A stretch of 64,000 nucleotides of DNA, taken from contig CAYNRJ010000002.1 in NCBI GenBank assembly GCA_964399865.1, forward strand, positions 161,108-225,107, given 5' to 3'. Source of the stretch: an uncultured Candidatus Saccharibacteria bacterium. Its GTDB lineage: Bacteria > Patescibacteriota > Minisyncoccia > Phycocordibacterales > UBA2100. The position numbers and the translations under genes were made by a program. Shown piece by piece: positions 19,081 through 28,564 of this stretch (within the stretch, counting starts at the first letter, position 1; each line of letters starts with the position of its first letter). Under the pieces are notes generated by a model, which searched no databases, was not told where the DNA came from, and was given only the letters and a program-made list of their open reading frames with translations.

Positions 19081-19416
19081 CTAGATAACCGTTGTTCGGT
19101 CAGTTGTAACGGTCGTTGTTGTCGCAACAGGGGTGGGTGTTTGTGCTGCGGCGATACGATGCTTTGCGAACTCGTCTTCTACTTGGCGTTTTTCGCGCTT
19201 GAGGTTCGAAAGATACATTTGGTCACGAATGACGCTTGGAAGAAGAATAAGAAGCGTCACAAGAGCGCCACAAAGAATGGAGCCGATGAGAACGAGGGCG
19301 AGGGAAGCGGTGATTTCCCATTGTAGAAAATTCACCGTCACAGTAGTTACGTTTTGAAGGGCAAATATGACTGACAGTCCGCCAACAATAACTCCCAGTA
19401 TCAAGGAAAATATCAT
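19081..19416 (-). CDS. LapA-like (DUF1049) membrane protein
   Basis: N-terminal TM helix with FALQNV..VTV.FL.W pattern, then a second TM, as in the LapA/YciS family. Confidence 0.55.
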   Translation of the reverse strand: MIFSLILGVIVGGLSVIFALQNVTTVTVNFLQWEITASLALVLIGSILCGALVTLLILLPSVIRDQMYLSNLKREKRQVEDEFAKHRIAAAQTPTPVATTTTVTTDRTTVI

Positions 19417-19544
19417 AAAAATATTCGGATGAGCTTTTAATGGTCAGCATTCATGAAGACGTTCCGGGACACGCGCCCCTTACCATTCTTCATGTCATAT
19501 GTGCATCAAAGCACGGAGCGTATGAACTTCAGATGAATTTTATT

Positions 19545-19585
19545 TTAAAAAACGAACGGTCGGGGAGCCGAAGCACCCCGACCGC
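19545..19585 (-). terminator. rho-independent terminator (minus strand)
   Basis: Minus-strand cggtcggggtgcttcggctccccgaccg (9-10 bp stem, UUCG-containing loop) followed by ttcgttttttaaaa. Confidence 0.65.
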
Positions 19586-19870
19586 ATCGCCTGCGTGTCA
19601 GCTAGGTCCGAAAGTCACGGAGGACGTATCCCTCCGCCGTGCCGACCGTCGGCGGCCTTTCGCTCGGAGGCATCGTGAAGATGCTCCTCGAACTCTGCTC
19701 GTTCTCCCTCGGCTTGCCGTGGAGCGAAGGCCTCCCATGGTGATCGTCAGGATTTCCACCCTGGCGATCGCTGTTCTTACGCATAGGCGTTTCTCCCTTG
19801 TTCACGACCACACCTAATTTGCGGTCGCGTGTCAATGGTACACCTTCACACTAAAATTGGCCAGGTCGTC
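19586..19870 (-). ncRNA. candidate structured small RNA (or small Pro/Arg/Gly-rich ORF) of unknown family
   Basis: GC-rich block in an otherwise ~50% GC region. It contains numerous short GC hairpins (ccgccg..cggcgg, ggagg..cctcc, cagg-guggaaau-ccug), ends in a strong terminator, and its only ORF (77 aa) starts at TTG. No RNase P, tmRNA, SRP or 6S motifs were found. Confidence 0.3.
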
Positions 19871-19873
19871 TTT

Positions 19874-19882
19874 GGTATACTC
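19874..19882 (+). promoter_or_regulatory. extended -10 TGGTATACT, leaderless start
   Basis: tggtatact ends ~6 nt before the ATG of the nuclease gene, implying a leaderless mRNA. Confidence 0.45.
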
Positions 19883-19887
19883 CGCGC

Positions 19888-20730
19888 ATGACGAATGCTC
19901 ATCCAAAAGGTAAATATCCGATCACGCACTGGAGTCATTCCTCTCTGATGTCGTTCCTCCGTAACCCTCTCGCATGGTACAAGCGCTATGTTGAAGGTAT
20001 ATATGACACGCCCTCATCTCCCGCTGGAATTATTGGCCGTGCAGGCCATGTGGCACTCCAACATTTCTATGGTGGTATCGCGAAGGATGGAGCAGTAGAG
20101 CTTGGCCTCGAGTATCTTAGAAGCGTCCCGGATTTTGAGATAAATTTTGGCGTTGCAAAGACAAAGCGCGACAAAAAGAAGAAGCGTCTCTCTATGGAGC
20201 GCGATTACTTGCAGGCAGTATCTTTTTATCTTGAGAAGCCGCCTAAGTACGATGTCCTCGGGATTGAAGTGAAAGCGATGGCAAAAGTGGAAGGGTTACC
20301 GATTCCCATCAAGGCAGTGTCGGATCTCGTGGTGCGTTCAAAAATAGATCCGAAAGCACTCGATGTTGTAGACCACAAATTCGTGGATTCTTTTAGCTCT
20401 CTCAGGGGGCAAAAAACGCTCTTCGTTATTCAAGCGCTTTTTAATTACTACACTGTAAGAGAGAAATATGGAAAGGAAGTGCGCCGATTCATTCTCCATG
20501 AATGCAAAAAACGCAGGAACGCCGACGGTAGCGCACAGATGAGGAGATACGTCATCAACTTTGATGAGAGCAGTGAAGATATTGCTGTTTTTCACCGACT
20601 TCTGAAGGATGCAACCGCCGAAATTACTCGGAAGAGGTTATACCTTCCGAATCCTTCAGATATGTTCGAAGGAGAGAATTCCTTTGATATCTATCGTCTG
20701 GGTCTCATCGAAGACGAGTCTGGCAATTGA
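19888..20730 (+). CDS. PD-(D/E)xK nuclease superfamily protein (RecB/Cas4-like fold without the Fe-S Cys cluster)
   Basis: N-terminus HWSHSSLMSFLRNPLAWYKRYVEG resembles the RecB-family nuclease N-terminal motif. VSDLVV and VVDHKF fit motifs II/III (D...D-x-K). Confidence 0.55.
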   Translation: MTNAHPKGKYPITHWSHSSLMSFLRNPLAWYKRYVEGIYDTPSSPAGIIGRAGHVALQHFYGGIAKDGAVELGLEYLRSVPDFEINFGVAKTKRDKKKKRLSMERDYLQAVSFYLEKPPKYDVLGIEVKAMAKVEGLPIPIKAVSDLVVRSKIDPKALDVVDHKFVDSFSSLRGQKTLFVIQALFNYYTVREKYGKEVRRFILHECKKRRNADGSAQMRRYVINFDESSEDIAVFHRLLKDATAEITRKRLYLPNPSDMFEGENSFDIYRLGLIEDESGN

Positions 20731-20733
20731 TTT

Positions 20734-21507
20734 TTAGAGGGCAGCGTCGATCAAGTTCTTAACCGTATTGTACTGCTGCGCGCCCTGAATTGCCGTCTGG
20801 TTCTTGCCGACAATCATGATGGAATGCGGCGTACCATTGCCTCCCGCATCGAATGCTTCGTTCAAATCGGTTTCAACTTTGCTGGCGTATTTACTTGTCG
20901 CAAGACACTCCTCAAATTGAGCGACGTCTAGCCCAAGTTCCGATGCGATGTCTGACAACTGGCCAGCGTCTGTCGTACTGCGTGGTGTTTTTTCGGCATA
21001 GTACGGCTTACCGTCAGCACCCGTAGGGACTGGGGATGGCGTGTTGTATACGCCGATGTCGAGGGAGTTGTTTGACTTGGTTGCTGCGTACACCATGTCA
21101 GTGTACTCCCAGAAGATGTCATTTCCGCCCTGTTCTGCGGCGCACTCAAGCGCTTCAGCTTCTTTTGGCGCTTTCGGATGGAGCTGAGCGAGTGGGAAAT
21201 GACGGTAGACCCACGCAACCTCGTTCGGGCTGTACTCGCTCACAATCTGCTGCAGGGTCTGATGGAAGCTCTTACAGAAAGGGCATTCAGTGTCGGAGTA
21301 CTCAACGATGACAACTTTTGCATCCTTGTCTCCGCGAATATGATCGTCGTTTTGCACAGTGCGGACTTTTTTCACCACCTCACTTCCATTTGATGTTCCT
21401 GGGGCCGCTGGTCCACCCGCATTTGAGAAATACACAGCGCCTGCGATAAGAGCACCGGCGATTACTATTGCCATTGGAATGCCCATTGAAGATCGTGATG
21501 AGTCCAT
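20734..21507 (-). CDS. membrane-anchored DsbA-family thiol:disulfide oxidoreductase
   Basis: N-terminal TM helix, CPFC active site (EYSDTECPFCKSFH) and a thioredoxin fold. Paralog of 35610..36347. Confidence 0.82.
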   Translation of the reverse strand: MDSSRSSMGIPMAIVIAGALIAGAVYFSNAGGPAAPGTSNGSEVVKKVRTVQNDDHIRGDKDAKVVIVEYSDTECPFCKSFHQTLQQIVSEYSPNEVAWVYRHFPLAQLHPKAPKEAEALECAAEQGGNDIFWEYTDMVYAATKSNNSLDIGVYNTPSPVPTGADGKPYYAEKTPRSTTDAGQLSDIASELGLDVAQFEECLATSKYASKVETDLNEAFDAGGNGTPHSIMIVGKNQTAIQGAQQYNTVKNLIDAAL

Positions 21508-21537
21508 ACTGTAAGAATTAATTCTAAATGTATGGCG

Positions 21538-21546
21538 AGTATACCA
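21538..21546 (-). promoter_or_regulatory. extended -10 TGGTATACT (minus strand)
   Basis: Reverse complement of agtatacca, ~30 nt upstream of the dsbA-like start at 21507. Confidence 0.4.
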
Positions 21547-21579
21547 TAACGAAAAAAGCGGCTCTTAGCCGCTTTAAAA

Positions 21580-22080
21580 TTACCTGCTACGAACCTTAAG
21601 TTTCGTCTGTTTTTTCTTGTTTATCTTAGGAAGCCGGATCATGAGGATGCCGTGCTTCTCGCTAGCCTCCGCCATATCTACGTCTACCTCTTCGGGAAGG
21701 AGAATGGTACGTGAAAATGACCCCCAATAGAGCTCGCGCTGGAAATAATGCTCCTCTTGAACCTCTCTCTCATCTTCTCGTTGGCCACTTATAGTCAACA
21801 TCTCCCTTGTGAGAGAAATATCTATAGAAGTAGGGTGTACGCCGGCAACGAGTGCCTTTACTACGATCGCGTCAGGGGTTTGATATACGTCTACCGCAAG
21901 TTCTCCCGCAGGTTCATCGCTCACTGGAGCTGCGTGCTCTTCGCGTCGAATGATATGTGCATGACGTTCTTCTCCTTCTCCCTCAAATACGGCTCTCGCA
22001 GACTTTGGTTCATCAAAATAGTCGTCGTATTTCTCATCAGTGCCGATGAGTCGTGAGAAAAAAGATGGTTTCTTTTGCAT
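21580..22080 (-). CDS. Hsp20/alpha-crystallin small heat shock protein
   Basis: ACD domain with a C-terminal GILMIRLPK motif. Confidence 0.85.
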   Translation of the reverse strand: MQKKPSFFSRLIGTDEKYDDYFDEPKSARAVFEGEGEERHAHIIRREEHAAPVSDEPAGELAVDVYQTPDAIVVKALVAGVHPTSIDISLTREMLTISGQREDEREVQEEHYFQRELYWGSFSRTILLPEEVDVDMAEASEKHGILMIRLPKINKKKQTKLKVRSR

Positions 22081-22086
22081 AGTGAA

Positions 22087-22788
22087 TTAAAAATGTCTCT
22101 TTACCAGCGGATGGATTCGCTTAATGTATTCTAGCACGGCCAGAAGCACGATAAGTCCGATCCACACACATCCGAACGTCCAAAGTAGGCGTTCTTCTGC
22201 GGTATTCAGTATAAGAAAGTTGAAAGCGCTATGCAAAACACCGGCGAGGATAACTCCGGCGAACGTGAAGAGCCTTCGTTTCCGTTTAGATTTATAAAAT
22301 GCGAGTCCGATAGCAACGCCGATGACTGCTGAAGAGAGAACATGAAGAAGCATTGCTCCGACGAATCGCAGATTTCCAGTCATAAGGGTCTGCGTGAAGG
22401 TTTCTCCGGAAAGTGGTGAGAGTAAAAAGAGCGCATTCTCTGCCGCCGCAAAGCCGAGAGCAACTGTCACCATATAAATGACAGGGTCTATGGGTTCGTC
22501 ATCTTCGCGGCGGCCGAGGACCGTGATTCTGGCCGCAAAATACTTCAATATTTCTTCAATAAACGACCATACCGTAAAGACGATCGTCGTACTTACAAGG
22601 AATCCTGCCGCAAACTGTTGAATGGGAATGGTAACTCCTACCGTCACCATGCCTGCGAGAAATGCGAACGCAAGAAGTCGCTTCGGCTCGGGGTGTTTTC
22701 TATCTTCACGCAGCCAAAACCATAGCCACGCGAGAGCAGGGAACACGCCGCCCGCGGTCGCCCAAAGGATTGCTGGAAATTCCCCCAT
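22087..22788 (-). CDS. PrsW-family intramembrane metalloprotease
   Basis: Multi-TM protein with EEILKYF and FAAAENALF motifs (the EExxK / FxxxE core of PrsW/YpdC). Confidence 0.72.
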   Translation of the reverse strand: MGEFPAILWATAGGVFPALAWLWFWLREDRKHPEPKRLLAFAFLAGMVTVGVTIPIQQFAAGFLVSTTIVFTVWSFIEEILKYFAARITVLGRREDDEPIDPVIYMVTVALGFAAAENALFLLSPLSGETFTQTLMTGNLRFVGAMLLHVLSSAVIGVAIGLAFYKSKRKRRLFTFAGVILAGVLHSAFNFLILNTAEERLLWTFGCVWIGLIVLLAVLEYIKRIHPLVKRHF

Positions 22789-22839
22789 TCCCGCTATTGT
22801 CGCACATCTCTAGCGTCTACGACGCGCTCCTTGTGTACT

Positions 22840-25014
22840 TCAGTTTGCAGGCCACTTAGCAACCATGATGAGGTCAGCATCTTTCCACGGTAGTTCTTTC
22901 CAAATTGCTTCTGTCACGAACGGCATGAATGGGTGGAGTAGTCGAAGAGACATATCGAGAATCTCTGTGAGAGCACGTTTGCGGGATTCAGCCGCTTCAC
23001 CGCCATCTTTAATGATCGGTTTAGACTCCTCAAGAATTTCATCGGCAAATCGGTGCCAGAGGTAGTGATAGATCTTATCTCCAGCGAGATCCAATCGAAA
23101 TGCATCAATATTATCCGATACCTCTTTCGCCACGGCTCGCGCCTCATCCAAGAGCTTCTCGTCGGGCGCAGTGAGGTGGGACCTCACTGCAAGGTCCATG
23201 TCGGCGGTGCTTTCGAGGACGAAGCGGGTAATGTTCCAGACTTTATTCGCAAAATGTTTGTACCCGCGCACTTTATCCTCCGACAATTTCACGTCATTTC
23301 CAGGTGCTGCGCCGATGATAAGGGAGAGGCGAGTGGCGTCTGCTCCGTATTTTTCGATCATGTCCAAGGGGTCAATGATGTTACCGAGAGACTTCGACAT
23401 TTTTCTTCCTTGCCCATCGCGCACGAGGCCATGAAGGTATACCTGCTTGAACGGCACTTCACCGACCAGGAAACCACTCATGAGGATCATGCGTGCAACC
23501 CAGAAGAAAAGAATGTCGTACCCAGTCTCGAGCACGCTCGTCGGGTGATACGTTTTCAAATCAGCGGTCTTTTCCGGCCAGCCAAGCGTGGAGAATGTCC
23601 AAAGTCCGGATGAAAACCAAGTGTCGAGTACGTCTGGGTCTTGCTCCCATCCTGCGCCCGGCGAAGTAACGCCCACTTTAATTTCATCACCTTTATACCA
23701 AACAGGAATTCGGTGTCCGAACCAAATCTGACGCGAGATGCACCAATCGCGAAGATTATCGATCCAGTGGTAGTAGATCTTCTCGAATCTTTCTGGATTT
23801 ATTTTTGTTGCGCCACTTTCAACGGCTTCTCGCATCGCCTCCTTTAGAGTCCGCTCTTTTCCGTCAGGAAATTTTGCCTTTTTGTTCACCATCACAAACC
23901 ACTGCTTCTTTATCTGCGGTTCAATGAGTCCGCCACCGCGGCTATTTGTTGCGACGTTGTGGACATACTTTTCATCCACTTTCACGATAAGTCCCTTCGC
24001 TTTTAGTTTTTCGACGATAAGAGGGCGTGCCTTTTTGATGTGCTGACCCGCAAGTTCGCCTGCGATAGGAAGGAGAATGCCGCGTTCATCTATGACTGGC
24101 TCAATATCAAGTTTGTGTCTCTGTGCTATCTCAAAGTCGACGACTGAGTGTGCCGGAGTTATCGTCATGACGCCAGAGCCCACCTCCATATCCGCAGCCT
24201 CGTCTTTAATGACGGTTGCCTTGATCGGGCCGTTGATCCACTCAAGATCTATCTGCTGTCTGTGTTTGTACTCCGCGTATCGTTTGTCGTCCGGATGCAT
24301 CACGACGTACTTGTCACCGAATTTTGTTTCTGGACGCACCGTACCGATCACGAACGGACCATACTGAAAGTAGTAGAAGGGATCTGTCTGTTCAACATAT
24401 TCCATTTCATCGTCCGAAACTGTCGTCTGTAATTTTGGATCCCAATTTACGATTCGGTTACCGCGTTCAATTAGGCCTGCATCATACATGCGGATGAATG
24501 CTTCCATGACCGCCTTGTAACGCATCTCATCCATCGTGTAAGCGTATCGGCTCCAATCGAGAGAAGAGCCCATCTTTTTGGTTTGATTGATGATCGTCGC
24601 TTTTGATTCGTCTGTGAACGCGTCGATTCGTTTCAATAATTCCTCGCGACCGATATCATGTCGTGTTTTCTTTTCCTTCTTATACATTTCTGCCTCCACT
24701 TTTGCTTGCGTCGCAATCGCGGCCGAGTCTGTGCCAGGAATCCAAAGCGTCTTGTATCCGCGCATGCGGTGATAGCGAATGAGGATATCTTCAATCGCAA
24801 GCATTGCGGCGTGTCCCATGTGAAGCGTTCCGGTGACGTTCGGTGGTGGAAGTACTATTGAATACGGCTCGGCGTCTGCTTTTGTCACCCCCTTCTCAAC
24901 GCAGGTATCAGGATTCGTGTAGCCACTCCTCTCCCATGCCTCGAGCATCTCCGGTTCGCGGCTCTTGGGGTCGTATGGCTTAAGGAATATTTCTGGCGCC
25001 TTAAAAGGTTCCAT
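22840..25014 (-). CDS. valS: valine--tRNA ligase (short form lacking the C-terminal coiled coil)
   Basis: PPNVTGTLHMGHA (HIGH) and KMSKSLGN (KMSKS) motifs with a CP1 editing domain. Start taken at MEPFKAPEIF (track ORF extends to 25101). Confidence 0.93.
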   Translation of the reverse strand: MEPFKAPEIFLKPYDPKSREPEMLEAWERSGYTNPDTCVEKGVTKADAEPYSIVLPPPNVTGTLHMGHAAMLAIEDILIRYHRMRGYKTLWIPGTDSAAIATQAKVEAEMYKKEKKTRHDIGREELLKRIDAFTDESKATIINQTKKMGSSLDWSRYAYTMDEMRYKAVMEAFIRMYDAGLIERGNRIVNWDPKLQTTVSDDEMEYVEQTDPFYYFQYGPFVIGTVRPETKFGDKYVVMHPDDKRYAEYKHRQQIDLEWINGPIKATVIKDEAADMEVGSGVMTITPAHSVVDFEIAQRHKLDIEPVIDERGILLPIAGELAGQHIKKARPLIVEKLKAKGLIVKVDEKYVHNVATNSRGGGLIEPQIKKQWFVMVNKKAKFPDGKERTLKEAMREAVESGATKINPERFEKIYYHWIDNLRDWCISRQIWFGHRIPVWYKGDEIKVGVTSPGAGWEQDPDVLDTWFSSGLWTFSTLGWPEKTADLKTYHPTSVLETGYDILFFWVARMILMSGFLVGEVPFKQVYLHGLVRDGQGRKMSKSLGNIIDPLDMIEKYGADATRLSLIIGAAPGNDVKLSEDKVRGYKHFANKVWNITRFVLESTADMDLAVRSHLTAPDEKLLDEARAVAKEVSDNIDAFRLDLAGDKIYHYLWHRFADEILEESKPIIKDGGEAAESRKRALTEILDMSLRLLHPFMPFVTEAIWKELPWKDADLIMVAKWPAN

Positions 25015-25428
25015 ATCGCGCCATCGTATCAGGGTTTCGTGCCTTGAAAAAGCTGCGATATAGTTCTCGTATGGATGGAATTCCAAGTGGGCGGAAAGCA
25101 TCTCTAGAATGGGATCAAAGAGGCGATGCGGTAGCGTATGAGGAGGTACCGGAAGAAGTGAGAGAGCTATGCATGGACGTATTGATGAAACAACCTTCTG
25201 TCTATACTCCTTTGCGTTTTAGAAAAGTCGACTACGGTAATGAAGTGGTTGAATACATCGGAATTTTCGAACCGGACGGAGCAGATATTATTCCTCCGAA
25301 TTCTCATGACCAAAATACGCTTGTCGTGAGTGTCCGGGTTGAAAAGGGGAAGGTGGAAAGTGCAAGAATTCGGAGCAGGCCTCTGTGGTACAGAGAATAG
25401 CGAATGCGATGCATGGTAAAATGAGAGC

Positions 25429-26433
25429 ATGTCGATGGAAGACGGACCGGGCGGTAAACCGGATTCGAGATTGCGCATTAAACACCGTGAACCCGCAAAA
25501 CAACCTGAAGAACCTCGGTTGCGCATTAGCCCGAGTTTTTATAAGCAACCCGCACTTCCTAAACCGGAGCCACGATTACTCATCAAATACCACCCAAGAT
25601 CTGCCGAAAATAAAGAATCAGGTGACGAAGAATCTCCGCTTTTAACAAGAGATATTGAATTCGGCGATTTCGGCGCGGGGATCGGAGACTTGAATACAGA
25701 TGGATTCGAAGCGCGACTCAGCGGATTTAACGATCCGGAGCAGGACGCTTTCGCAATAAGCGCGGATAGGAAAGTGTTTGCCGTGGCAGATGGCCTTGGT
25801 GGCGCTGGCGCAGGATCGCCGGAAATAACGGCCGCGTGGTCCCGTGCAGTCGCAGAGGCCGTAGCTGCGCACGGGAATATCGCATCGCTCACCGATGAGA
25901 AAGTCTTTAATGAGTTTGCTGCAAATGTAAAAAAGGAATTGGAGCGCAAAGGTCTAAGTTTCGAGAGTAAGTCTCGCGTGCGCAGTAGAGTATCGGGGAC
26001 GAAAACTACCCTCTCTGCAGTCGAAAGAATCGGAAGGGAAGAATTCTCAGTATTCATCATGGGTGATTCACCTGTGTATGTGATCGATGCCAAGAATAAG
26101 CGCATTATTCGATCGTATGGAGAAGATTTCGCGAGCGGGGGCGGCGACTCTCCTATGAGAGAGAACGTGATTGGTATGAATCAGGATGGGAGCTTGATTC
26201 CGTTGAACGAGGAGAATCGCCACTCGATTATCAATGAGAAAATTACGGTCAAGCCGGGTGAATTGTTGGTTATAGGGTCTGATTACCTGAGTAAGAATGA
26301 AGGCATGTTAGGCGAGCACATCGGTCTAAGTCCGGAGGATTTTCATGCACTCGCAACCCGTAAGGACGGTCATGAAAAAGATGACGCGACAATGATCGTG
26401 ATTGATCCGGAGAAATTGGAGTGGAAAGAATAA
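25429..26433 (+). CDS. PP2C-family Ser/Thr protein phosphatase
   Basis: FAVADGLGGAGAG matches the PP2C metal-binding motif. Pro-rich N-terminal region. Confidence 0.78.
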   Translation: MSMEDGPGGKPDSRLRIKHREPAKQPEEPRLRISPSFYKQPALPKPEPRLLIKYHPRSAENKESGDEESPLLTRDIEFGDFGAGIGDLNTDGFEARLSGFNDPEQDAFAISADRKVFAVADGLGGAGAGSPEITAAWSRAVAEAVAAHGNIASLTDEKVFNEFAANVKKELERKGLSFESKSRVRSRVSGTKTTLSAVERIGREEFSVFIMGDSPVYVIDAKNKRIIRSYGEDFASGGGDSPMRENVIGMNQDGSLIPLNEENRHSIINEKITVKPGELLVIGSDYLSKNEGMLGEHIGLSPEDFHALATRKDGHEKDDATMIVIDPEKLEWKE

Positions 26434-26464
26434 GGTCGGCCATTTTCGTGCAATACTTTCGAGT

Positions 26465-26806
26465 ATGACCGAGCATCATTTGCATAAGCGCAAACGCATA
26501 TCGCGCGGGCTGGAGCCGTTTCCGGCCCGGACTCTGTGGCTGAGGCTTCTGGATCGCACAGTACTTTTTGTGGGTATCGCGGGACCCCTCATGACAATCC
26601 CACAGATAGTAAAAATATTTGCGTATCAGGACGCTGCTGGCGTTTCGGTCATATCTTGGGCGACATTTGCTGTCTTTGATATACCGTGGATCTTGTACGG
26701 ACTCTCTCACAACGATCGTCCGATTCTGATTACGTATACTCTATGGCTCATCATGAATAGTATCGTCGTTGTCGGCGCGCTGATGTACGGGAACGGTCTT
26801 TTGTAA
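26465..26806 (+). CDS. semiSWEET-like PQ-loop membrane protein (3 TM)
   Basis: Three TM helices with a PQ motif in TM1 (GPLMTIPQIVKIF) and ~113 aa length, consistent with bacterial semiSWEET/MtN3 half-transporters. Confidence 0.5.
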   Translation: MTEHHLHKRKRISRGLEPFPARTLWLRLLDRTVLFVGIAGPLMTIPQIVKIFAYQDAAGVSVISWATFAVFDIPWILYGLSHNDRPILITYTLWLIMNSIVVVGALMYGNGLL

Positions 26807-26807
26807 T

Positions 26808-28007
26808 TTATTCTCCAAGAACAAGAGATCCGTTTGCGCGGAGGGAATCGCGATCCGCAAATTCTTTTTTGAGAGCGTGGAAATAGCCGGCGAGCGCGAT
26901 CATAACGGCATTGTCGGTCGCAAATTGGGGAGGGGAGACGAGGACCTTTCCCTTTGCGGAATGCTCTAACATCTTTTTTGCAAACTCCGCTTTGATATGG
27001 GTGTTAGCAGACACGCCGCCGCCTAAAATTATTGTCTCGGCGCCGTACTCTTCCGCGGCTTTAGATGTCTTTCCTATTAGGACATCGGCGGCGGCGTCCT
27101 CAAACTCGCGTGCGATTTCCTTTTTCAAGTCATCCGAAACCGGTGTATTTTTTTCTACCATCCGAAGCACTGCCGTTTTTAATCCCGCGAACGAAAAATC
27201 ATAATCCGCGCTGTCCATCATCGGCCGCGGTAGGGTAATGCGATGAGATGTCATCTCATCGCTCTCCATTCCTGACTCTTGATTCTTGTTTCTTGCCTCC
27301 GCAGCCAATCGGCTGATATGCGGGCCGCCCGGGTATGGAAGTCCGATCATTCGAGCCACTTTATCGAACGCTTCACCCACAGCGTCGTCTCGTGTCTCGC
27401 CGATGATTTTGTAGTGCATCCACTCACGCATGAGGATAAGCTCGGTGTGTCCGCCGGAAATAAGTAGGGCGAGTGCGGGAAAACTCACATCGTGCATTTT
27501 TTGCTCCTCGGTGTGTTCCATCATGGATACGATGATATGGCCCTCCATATGATTCGTTGCGACAATAGGCACATTCCATGCAAGTGAAAGTGCCCGCGCA
27601 AAATTAACCCCGACCCAAAGAGCGGGCTCAAGTCCCGGACCGTACGTCACCGCGATAGCATCAATGTTTGGTTTTGCGTGCGTTTTGAGAAAAGGAATGA
27701 GGAGTGCACCGAGATCAATATTCTGCTCCAGAAGCGCATGTAATTCTTCTTCAGGTACGGAAACGTCTGCACTCTTCAGTTCTCCCGCTTCCTTCAGTGC
27801 GAGCTCAAGCATCGGAACACTATTCTTTTGGTGCTCACGCTTCGCAAGATTAGGGAATACACCCCCGTATTTTGCGTGCATGGCGGCTTGTGTTGCGAGC
27901 GCGTTCCCCAGCACTCGAGATTTGAAATTCGCACCAAAATCGCCCTCTGCCTCAATGAGGCAAACGGCGGTCTCATCACAAGAAGTTTCTATTCCGAGAA
28001 TTTTCAT
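26808..28007 (-). CDS. tsaD: tRNA N6-adenosine threonylcarbamoyltransferase
   Basis: ILGIETSCDETAVCL and the HxxGH-type metal site of the Kae1/TsaD family. Contains an internal insertion. Confidence 0.9.
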   Translation of the reverse strand: MKILGIETSCDETAVCLIEAEGDFGANFKSRVLGNALATQAAMHAKYGGVFPNLAKREHQKNSVPMLELALKEAGELKSADVSVPEEELHALLEQNIDLGALLIPFLKTHAKPNIDAIAVTYGPGLEPALWVGVNFARALSLAWNVPIVATNHMEGHIIVSMMEHTEEQKMHDVSFPALALLISGGHTELILMREWMHYKIIGETRDDAVGEAFDKVARMIGLPYPGGPHISRLAAEARNKNQESGMESDEMTSHRITLPRPMMDSADYDFSFAGLKTAVLRMVEKNTPVSDDLKKEIAREFEDAAADVLIGKTSKAAEEYGAETIILGGGVSANTHIKAEFAKKMLEHSAKGKVLVSPPQFATDNAVMIALAGYFHALKKEFADRDSLRANGSLVLGE

Positions 28008-28017
28008 GTATCGGATA

Positions 28018-28350
28018 CTACGGCATCTCGTTAATGCCACTTACTTTTACACCTTTTTCTATTTCGCCCGCTTTCTTGAGCTGTTGAACAAAGTCGAGCA
28101 TTAGACGTGCAGTATCCTTGCCGATTCGTGATGTGTAGATCTTTTTATCTTTTTCGCTTATGAAGATTACTACACCTCGATGTTCGTCAGTGAACGAGTC
28201 GTTGACATACCTCATGTCTGACAGATCTTTAAATGCGAATACAACAAATGGAGTGTCGGGTAGGGTAAATGTATCTTCAAATACATCAGGCACCCAGGAA
28301 AGATTCTTTCTCTCTCTTTTTTTATTGAACCTTATTTTATCGAGAGCCAT
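28018..28350 (-). CDS. hypothetical protein (110 aa)
   Basis: ORF only. Confidence 0.4.
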   Translation of the reverse strand: MALDKIRFNKKRERKNLSWVPDVFEDTFTLPDTPFVVFAFKDLSDMRYVNDSFTDEHRGVVIFISEKDKKIYTSRIGKDTARLMLDFVQQLKKAGEIEKGVKVSGINEMP

Positions 28351-28380
28351 ATATACAGCCTACTAAGTAAGAAATATGAC

Positions 28381-28455
28381 TGGTGCGCGATGGGGGGATC
28401 GAACCCTCGGCCTACCCCACGTCAAGGGGTCGCTCTACCACTGAGCTAATCGCGC
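28381..28455 (-). tRNA. tRNA-Val (anticodon GAC), CCA encoded
   Basis: Hand-folded cloverleaf: acceptor GCGCGAU/AUCGCGC, D-arm GCUC-AGUGGUA-GAGC, anticodon arm ACCCC-UUGACGU-GGGGU, T-arm GAGGG-UUCGAUC-CCCCC, then A-CCA. Confidence 0.8.
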
Positions 28456-28564
28456 CCTACTCCGCTCCGGCATAAGCCGGAGCTACGAAGGGTAAGCATA
28501 CCAAGACGCGTTACTCACCCTTAGTGATTCGCAGAATAGCTTGTTTTTTCGTACTATTCAACCA

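Noticed and set aside
19586-19870. Identification of the structured minus-strand transcript as RNase P RNA, tmRNA, SRP RNA or 6S RNA
   Set aside because: I looked for GGAAAGUCCGG / ACAGAAnCCGGCUUA (RNase P P4), a tRNA-like 3' end and tag ORF (tmRNA), and the domain IV GGAA/AGCAGC pattern (SRP). None is present, so the family is left open.
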